A stretch of 32,000 nucleotides of DNA from Bifidobacterium longum subsp. longum JCM 1217. Its GTDB lineage: Bacteria > Actinomycetota > Actinomycetes > Actinomycetales > Bifidobacteriaceae. Made by a program: the position numbers and the translations under genes. The notes below the pieces were generated by a model that ran no database searches, had not been told where the DNA came from, and saw nothing but the letters and a program-made list of their open reading frames with translations. The DNA lies in contig NC_015067.1 in the NCBI RefSeq assembly GCF_000196555.1, positions 1,350,001 to 1,382,000 of the forward strand. Reading direction: 5' to 3'. Positions 26,032 to 32,000 of the stretch are shown here, in pieces (position 1 is the stretch's first letter; each line of letters begins with the position of its first letter).

Positions 26032-26054
26032 GGCTCCCCTCACAGAGGGGAGCC
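26032..26054 (-). terminator. Hairpin GGCTCCCCT-CACAG-AGGGGAGCC between the rpoD stop and the parE start
   Basis: A perfect 9-bp GC-rich stem lies 7 nt beyond the rpoD stop on the minus strand. Together with its flanks (CTTGGCTCCCCTC ... GAGCCAGA) it repeats the hairpin at 6830..6853. Confidence 0.55.
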
Positions 26055-26060
26055 AGACGA

Positions 26061-27485
26061 TCATTGATCCAGGAAGTCGCGCAGGGTCTGCGAACGGGAT
26101 GGGTGGCGCAGCTTGGACATGGTCTTGGACTCGATCTGACGGATGCGTTCACGGGTCACGCCATACACACGGCCGATGTCGTCCAGCGTCTTCGGCTGGC
26201 CGTCTTCCAGGCCATAGCGCATCTTGATGACGCCGGCCTCACGCGGAGACAGGGTTTCCAGCACCTGCTTGAACTGTTCCTGCAGCAGGGAGAAGGCCAC
26301 GGCGTCGGACGGAGCGATGGCGTCGGTATCCTCAATGAGGTCACCGAACTCGGAATCGCCATCCTCGCCAAGCGGGGTGTGCAGGGAAATCGGCTCGCGG
26401 CCGTACTTCTGCACTTCCTGCACCTTCTCAACCGGCATATCCAGCTCGCGGGCCAGCTCGTCCGGCGTAGGTTCACGCCCCAGATCCTGCAGCATCTGGC
26501 GCTGTACACGGGACAGCTTGTTAATCACTTCGACCATGTGCACAGGCACGCGAATGGTGCGGGCCTGATCGGCCATGGCACGGGTGATGGCCTGACGAAT
26601 CCACCACGTGGCGTAGGTGGAGAACTTGAAGCCCTTCTTCCAGTCGAACTTCTCGACGGCACGAATCAGACCAAGGTTGCCTTCCTGGATCAAATCAAGG
26701 AAGAGCATGCCGCGACCCGTGTAGCGCTTGGCGAGCGAGACCACAAGTCGTAGGTTGGCTTCCAGCAGATGGTCCTTAGCCTTCTTGCCGTCGGCGGCGG
26801 CCCACTTGAGTTCACGCTTGCGCTTGAACTCCATGCCTTCGCTTTCGGTGTCGAGCAGGTGCTGGGCGTACAGGCCGGCCTCGATGCGCTCGGACAGGTC
26901 GACTTCCTGCTCGGCATTCAGCAGGCTCACACGGCCGATCTGCTTCAGGTAGTCCTTGACCGGGTCGGCGGTTGCGCCGGCCGCAATCACACGACGCTTC
27001 GGATTGCCCGAGGGGATGATGTTTTCTTCCTCATCATCCGTGTCGGAGACCACGTAGGCACCCTTTTCCTTGGGCTGCTCGGGTGCCTTGGACTTGGCTT
27101 CTTCCTCGTCCTCGTCGTCTTCCACATCATCGTCGTCGGCATCGTCCTCATCGAGGTCTTCGTCGTCGGCATCGTCTTCGTCAACGTCGTCAAGATCCTC
27201 GTCGAGGTCGTCAACGTCCAAATCGTCGTCGTTGACCTCGGCATCGTCATCAAGCTCGTCATCGACCTGAGTGTCCTCGTCTTTGACGAGCTCATCGTCC
27301 TTGGCCTTCTTCGCGGTTTTCTTCGCAGCGGACTTGCGCGTGGTCTTTTTCGAGGGCTCTGCGGACTTGGACTTCTTGGCGGAAGTCTTGCGTGCGGTGG
27401 TCGTAGAGCTGGCCTTCTTCTTGGTCTCGGTCTCCTCGCTGGACTCGGCTGTCTGCTTGGTTGCCGTCGTTTCCTTCGTGGCCAA
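26061..27485 (-). CDS. rpoD: Primary (housekeeping) RNA polymerase sigma factor, RpoD/HrdB/SigA type
   Basis: Region 2 reads [27 protein letters not shown]...[16 protein letters not shown]. Region 3 and region 4.2 ([28 protein letters not shown]) are present. The N-terminus is Lys-rich, then very acidic. I propose the start at TTG 27485 (MATKETTA), 6 nt after AGGAGGA. The ORF-track ATG at 27560 lies upstream of the candidate promoter. Confidence 0.9.
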   Translation of the reverse strand: MATKETTATKQTAESSEETETKKKASSTTTARKTSAKKSKSAEPSKKTTRKSAAKKTAKKAKDDELVKDEDTQVDDELDDDAEVNDDDLDVDDLDEDLDDVDEDDADDEDLDEDDADDDDVEDDEDEEEAKSKAPEQPKEKGAYVVSDTDDEEENIIPSGNPKRRVIAAGATADPVKDYLKQIGRVSLLNAEQEVDLSERIEAGLYAQHLLDTESEGMEFKRKRELKWAAADGKKAKDHLLEANLRLVVSLAKRYTGRGMLFLDLIQEGNLGLIRAVEKFDWKKGFKFSTYATWWIRQAITRAMADQARTIRVPVHMVEVINKLSRVQRQMLQDLGREPTPDELARELDMPVEKVQEVQKYGREPISLHTPLGEDGDSEFGDLIEDTDAIAPSDAVAFSLLQEQFKQVLETLSPREAGVIKMRYGLEDGQPKTLDDIGRVYGVTRERIRQIESKTMSKLRHPSRSQTLRDFLDQ

Positions 27486-27517
27486 AACTGCTCCTCCTGA
27501 TCTCTCGCCGTGAAGTG

Positions 27518-27546
27518 CATATACCACATGGGCCCACTTCTGGCAA
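27518..27546 (-). promoter_or_regulatory. Candidate sigma-70-type promoter of rpoD (-35 TTGCCA, 17-bp spacer, TGg-extended -10 TATATG)
   Basis: The minus strand reads TTGCCA-GAAGTGGGCCCATGTGG-TATATG, which would give a leader of about 25 nt to the TTG start. This is a pattern match only. Confidence 0.35.
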
Positions 27547-27687
27547 GGGCAAATCGTCAACTATGTGAGTAAACCACCCTCCACGGACGATTATTCCCAC
27601 ATCGTTGCCCGACGTGTTGCCGATCACCACACGCTTTCCTTCCGCGCATCGCGCGTAAAACCTCGGAAATCCGCCGTTTCTGTTCAC

Positions 27688-28353
27688 TCAGCCCGAGCAC
27701 CATGCCGGTGCCACGCCTCGATCGGCGGCTGAGAATATCATCGCCGCCAGCGAACAATCCTCATCGAGCAGCAGGCATCGCAAGGCGAACACCATTGCTC
27801 GCGGATCGCCCAGCCACCATAAGGTGTAGGCGATTACGGCCAATGGCTGTATGCAGTACGGCACCGGTGAGGCTTCGGCGATATCGAGCAACATACCGAT
27901 GCCGGTATGGCAACGCTCCTTATCCGGCATCATGCCTTCATCCTCGAATGCGCAGGTCAGCAGCTCGCCCATTCGTGTTCTCGTACGCGCCAGATGCGGT
28001 CGCGCCGCGAATTCCATGAGCCATGACTTGGGGCAACGGCTTTCATCAATAACCAACGAGAGAATCAGCGCATCACGAATCGATAAGGTCTCGCGCATGC
28101 CCACCGCAAACGCGGCCATCGTCTCTCGGCCTAGGTCGGTGTTCCCGGCATCGAGGCAAGACAGCCATTCGTCCAATGGTTCGGCCACCCAGTCGGCATT
28201 AGCCTGTTGCGCGCCTCGAAGTCGGCGATCATTGCGAAATTCCTGTGATCTCGTCTTCAACTCGTCAAAGACAAAGGGCTCCGTCTGCTCGGCGGCGTGC
28301 CGTTTGGCGTGTCGGTTCTTACGCGGCTTGTGTGGCGTGTTGTTGTTCATCAT
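27688..28353 (-). CDS. Conserved hypothetical protein upstream of rpoD (possibly DUF4192-like, assignment uncertain)
   Basis: The ORF has GGAGGA just upstream of tandem ATGs (28353/28350). It has a basic N-terminus (MMNNNTPHKPRKNRHAKRHAAEQ) and a Cys/Trp-containing body. No motif recognised, and the family guess rests on remembered sigma-factor neighbourhoods. Confidence 0.55.
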   Translation of the reverse strand: MMNNNTPHKPRKNRHAKRHAAEQTEPFVFDELKTRSQEFRNDRRLRGAQQANADWVAEPLDEWLSCLDAGNTDLGRETMAAFAVGMRETLSIRDALILSLVIDESRCPKSWLMEFAARPHLARTRTRMGELLTCAFEDEGMMPDKERCHTGIGMLLDIAEASPVPYCIQPLAVIAYTLWWLGDPRAMVFALRCLLLDEDCSLAAMIFSAADRGVAPAWCSG

Positions 28354-28554
28354 GTCCTCCTTGACTAATGGTGTGCAATCTATTGGTGTTGTGGTGCACG
28401 CTGAGCCAGGTAGCTCACGCACCGAGTGGGTGTGCCCACTATGGCTGAAAACGCCGTATGACGCAGGAAAAAACGACCATTGTGGTTCTAGCTTCAAAAC
28501 CCTTGATTTCCAACGTTCTTGTGTTCTTCAAACCCTGTGGATAAGTTATTAGGC

Positions 28555-29637
28555 ATGTGCACAACTGCTAACAACCGCGAAATCATCGAGCCACGCATCA
28601 TTCAGTTGGTGCGGGAACTGACTGCCGCCCCCGCCACCGACGAGGTTGCCGACGCCCTGAAACCGGTGATGGAACAGGTTGTGGACCAAGCCGCCTCCTC
28701 CAGCCAAGGAGGCAAACGACTGCGTGCGCTGCTCGCATTGGACGCCTTCGATATTCTTGCCGGCGACGTGACTCCTGATTGGCGTGATGCCATGATCGAC
28801 CTAGCCTGCGCCATTGAAGTGTTTCAGACGGCCGCACTGGTGCATGACGACATCATCGACGAATCCGATCTGCGCCGGGGCAAGCCTTCCGCACATCATG
28901 CCTTGGAGCAGGCCGTACACAGCGGTGCCATAGGCCGTGGCTTGGGCCTGATGCTCGGCGACATTCTGGCCACTGCCTGCATTGAAATCACACGCCGGTC
29001 CGCCAGCCGTCTTCCCAACACCGATGCCCTGAACGAGGCGTTTCTTACCATGCAGCGCGAGGTGGAAATCGGCCAAGTACTGGACTTGGCCGTCGAGATG
29101 ACCCCGCTGTCTAATCCCGAAGCTCTGGCGAACGCCTCATTGAACGTATTCCGCTGGAAGACAGCCAGTTACACCACCATCGCTCCACTGCTGCTTGCAC
29201 TGCTGGCCGCAGGAGAGAGCCCGGATCAGGCCAGACATTGCGCGTTGGCCGTCGGCCGGCCGCTCGGACTGGCGTTCCAACTGGCGGATGACCTGTTGGA
29301 TGTCGTCGGATCAAGCCGCAATACCGGAAAACCAATTGGCGGAGACATCCGAGAAGGCAAACGCACAGTGCTGTTGGCTGATGCTCTGTCTGCGGCAGAT
29401 ACGGCGGATAAGGCCGATCTGATTGCCATCTTCGAAGCGGATTGTCGCAATGACAACCAGGTGGCCCGCACCATTGAACTGTTCACGTCGACCGGTGCTC
29501 TTGATCGATCCCGCGAGCGCATCGCTGCCCTATGGGGTGAGTCCCGTAAGGCGATTGCCGGTCTTGAGCTGAATTCCGAAGCGCAACGCCGTCTGACCGA
29601 GGCTTGTGCGCGATTCATCCCCGAATCCTTGCGATAG
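28555..29637 (+). CDS. Polyprenyl diphosphate synthase (trans-isoprenyl diphosphate synthase family, e.g. geranylgeranyl diphosphate synthase)
   Basis: First aspartate-rich motif LVHDDIIDESDLRRGKPS, second motif FQLADDLLDV, and GKPIGGDIREGK. The start is taken at ATG 28555 (MCTTANN). Confidence 0.85.
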   Translation: MCTTANNREIIEPRIIQLVRELTAAPATDEVADALKPVMEQVVDQAASSSQGGKRLRALLALDAFDILAGDVTPDWRDAMIDLACAIEVFQTAALVHDDIIDESDLRRGKPSAHHALEQAVHSGAIGRGLGLMLGDILATACIEITRRSASRLPNTDALNEAFLTMQREVEIGQVLDLAVEMTPLSNPEALANASLNVFRWKTASYTTIAPLLLALLAAGESPDQARHCALAVGRPLGLAFQLADDLLDVVGSSRNTGKPIGGDIREGKRTVLLADALSAADTADKADLIAIFEADCRNDNQVARTIELFTSTGALDRSRERIAALWGESRKAIAGLELNSEAQRRLTEACARFIPESLR

Positions 29638-29779
29638 TCCGCAATGCGAGCCGCCGGACCATGAGACCATGGACACCGGTGAAAACCCATGAAAACTATG
29701 CGCTGATGCTCCGGCCGCGTAACCGGGGCCATGTACACTGAACGTGTTTAGTCGTGATTAAAGGAACCGTACGATACAA

Positions 29780-32000
29780 CATGAGTGAGAACGAGCCCGC
29801 GCAGATGATTGAGGGACGCTACCGCATCGTGCGCAATATCGCCGAGGGTGGTATGGCCACCGTGTATGAGGCCGTCGATGAGCGTCTGGGGCGCACCGTG
29901 GCGATTAAGGTCATGCACACACAACTCGCCAAAGGCCCGCATCGGGAGCAGTTCGTCGAACGGTTCCGCCGCGAGGCCAATTCGGCCGCGTCCATCGCCA
30001 ACCCGCACATCGTTCAGGTGTATGACACCGGCGAGTTCAATGGACTTGATTTTCTGGTCATGGAATATGTGCATGGCGTCAATCTGCGGCATGAGATGAA
30101 CACCCAAGGCACATTCTCCGTGCGTGAGACGCTGCGCGTGGTCGCGGAGACGCTGGATGGTCTGGCTTCCGCGCATCGCGCCGGCGTGGTCCACCGTGAC
30201 ATCAAGCCCGAGAACATTTTGATCAATGATCGCGGCCATGTGCAGATCACCGATTTCGGTCTGGCCAAGGCCGCCAGCCAGGCCACATTGAGCTCCACCG
30301 GCATGCTATTGGGCACCGCCGCTTATCTGGCTCCCGAAATGATCGAGAACAATCAGGCCACCGCGCAAGGCGACCTGTATTCGGTGGGCATCATGGCATG
30401 GGAGATGATGACCGGCAAGGTGCCGTTCGATTCGGATAATCCGGTGACGCTTGTCTTCAAGCATGTTCATGAGGACGTGCCGTCCGTGGCCACGGTCTGC
30501 CAGGGCATTGATCCGTCCGTGGCGGCGTTCATCGCCCATCTGACCGCGCGTCAGGTGGATGCCCGCCCCGCCGATGGCGCGGCAGCAGCTGAGGAATTGA
30601 GCCAGTTGGCCGCCAAATTGCCGCTGGAGGCGTGGCAATACCGTTTGCATGCCGAACCCATCGGAGGCGATCATACCGATGCCACCGCTGCAGCATTGGT
30701 AGGCAATATCGCCGAGCAGGCCCCGCTGACCGGCGTACCTGCCGGTGCAGCAACGTTCGAGCCGTCCGTACCGGCATTTTTGGTCGATGATGCCGCAAGC
30801 AATACCGCCGATACCGGTGGCGCCGCAGACGTCAATCCTCCGGCGCCTCCGGTCGCCCCCACCACGGCACTTGATTCGTCGATGTTAGCCGATGCTTCGG
30901 CTCCCCATAAGACGCAGATCATGGCACAGTCCGGCAGCGAGACACAAGTGCTGCCTCAGGCCGGCGATGCCTTCACCCGAGCGCTTGCCCTTTCCGATGA
31001 GCCGGATGTCGCTTCCAATGGCACCGGGCCAAAGAAGCAGCGCAGCAAAAAACCGCTCATCATCGTACTGGTGATAGTGCTGGTACTGGCTGCAATCGGC
31101 GGAACCGCCGGCTGGTGGTGGTTTGCCGGACCGGGCAGCTATTGGAGTGTGCCCAAGCCGGATGACGTGACCTGCGATGCGAATGCAAGCACCGAATGCT
31201 CGTTGGCCGGCGCGGATTGGGCCACGTATGAGAGCACGTTGAAGGCTCTCGGCATCCCCTACAAGACGCACAAGGAATACAGCGACGACGTGGCGGAAGG
31301 CAAGATCATCTCTTCTTCCGTGAACAAGACCAAGGCCGTTGTGAACAGCCGCATAAGCAAGCGAGCCAATCAGGAGCTTACGGTGGTGGTGTCCAAGGGC
31401 GTGCGGATGACCACCATCCCGAAGGATATTCTCGACGCGAATTCGGCCAATGGCAAGGACCCGTTGAACGCGCTCAAGAAGGCCGGCTTCGATAATGTCA
31501 AGCATGACGAGTCGAAGGATGAGTATTCGATGGACACGCCGCAGGGTGTGGCATTGACGATCTCCCCTGATCCCGGTACCACGGCCAAGCACAACGATGA
31601 GGTGACGGTTACTTTGAGCAAGGGACCGATGCCGGTGACCATGCCTAACATCGTCGGTAAGACCCAGGATGAGATGCAAGCCGCGCTCGGCGAGTTGAAG
31701 CTCACGGCCAATGTCACCGAACAGTACGATGACAAGGTCGAGGCCGGTCAAGTCATTTCCGCGTCTCAGGAAGCCGGAGCCCAGCTGAAGTGGGGCGATA
31801 GCGTGGACGTGGTGATTTCCAAGGGTCCGGAGATGGCGACGATACCGTCCGGCCTTGTCGGCAAACAGGAAAGCGCCGTAACCAAGACACTTGAAGGTCT
31901 CGGGTTCGAGGTGAAAACCGACAAGGTGCTCGGTGGCCTGTTCGGCACGGTACGTACCGTGAAAAGTGGCGATACGGACCTATCCAACGGCGGCAAGATT
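29780..32000 (+). CDS. pknB: Ser/Thr protein kinase with a transmembrane helix and extracellular PASTA repeats (PknB-like), 3' end outside the window
   Basis: I translated this directly, since it is absent from the ORF track for lack of a stop in the window. Motifs: IAEGGMATVY, AIKV, HRDIKPENIL, DFGLAK, GTAAYLAPE. TM segment PLIIVLVIVLVLAAIGGTAGWWWF. Repeated PASTA-like modules follow (e.g. VTMPNIVGKTQDEMQAALGELKL, ATIPSGLVGKQESAVTKTLEGLGF). Confidence 0.85.

Noticed and set aside
26769-27529. ORFs 26769..27500 (+), 26987..27529 (-) and 27070..27270 (+) in the rpoD N-terminal region
   Set aside because: They are off-frame or antisense readings of the GAC/GAT/GAA-rich acidic tract and the AAG-rich basic tract, and so are low-complexity artefacts.
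29748-31751. Minus-strand ORFs 29748..30239, 30306..30674 and 30885..31751
   Set aside because: They are antisense to the plus-strand kinase gene, which shows the full Hanks kinase motif set and PASTA repeats.
1-32000. CRISPR arrays, rRNA, tRNA or other canonical RNA genes
   Set aside because: There are no regularly spaced direct repeats. The intergenic gaps (for example 15606-15749, 23579-23726, 27486-27687 and 29638-29779) are short and show no cloverleaf-like or rRNA-like sequence that I could recognise by eye.

Overview
This is a high-GC actinobacterial chromosome segment. Gene content and synteny (dut-DUF4193-sepH, rpoD/hrdB-type sigma factor, Lhr, separate ParC/ParE-type topoisomerase genes, PASTA Ser/Thr kinase) best fit Bifidobacterium. 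A B. longum-group origin is my guess from memory, not a search result. Most of the window is housekeeping: a cyclophilin, rel, dut, a DUF4193-like gene, sepH-like, an alkaline-phosphatase-family gene, parC, an atypical orphan OmpR-type regulator, lhr, ribokinase plus an MFS transporter, parE, rpoD, a polyprenyl synthase and a pknB-like kinase that runs off the right edge. The exception is 1.8-6.8 kb, which holds three nested elements. An IS3-family insertion sequence (1846..6798, 24-bp imperfect inverted repeats, orfA/orfB in a -1 frame relationship) sits in the loop of a 14-bp hairpin between the convergent cyclophilin and rel genes. Its orfB is split at the HSD|MGWQY catalytic motif by a roughly 3.47-kb element that carries three tandem tyrosine recombinase genes with ATGA stop/start overlaps. 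That element is bounded by perfect 94-bp terminal inverted repeats built from a reiterated TTAAGCCGGG motif. Just outside its right repeat lies a 13-6-13 palindrome made of related motifs. This matches the architecture called recombinase-in-trio (RIT) or mobile integrase cassette, whose mechanism is, to my knowledge, uncharacterised, and it is the most interesting system in the window. Other non-genic structures are a 38/39-bp inverted repeat filling the divergent parC/phosphatase intergenic region, a repeated GGCTCCCCTC hairpin after rel and rpoD, and a 3 x 10-bp tandem repeat at the left edge. I found no rRNA, tRNA or CRISPR. All calls rest on reading the sequence and on motif memory, and no searches were run.
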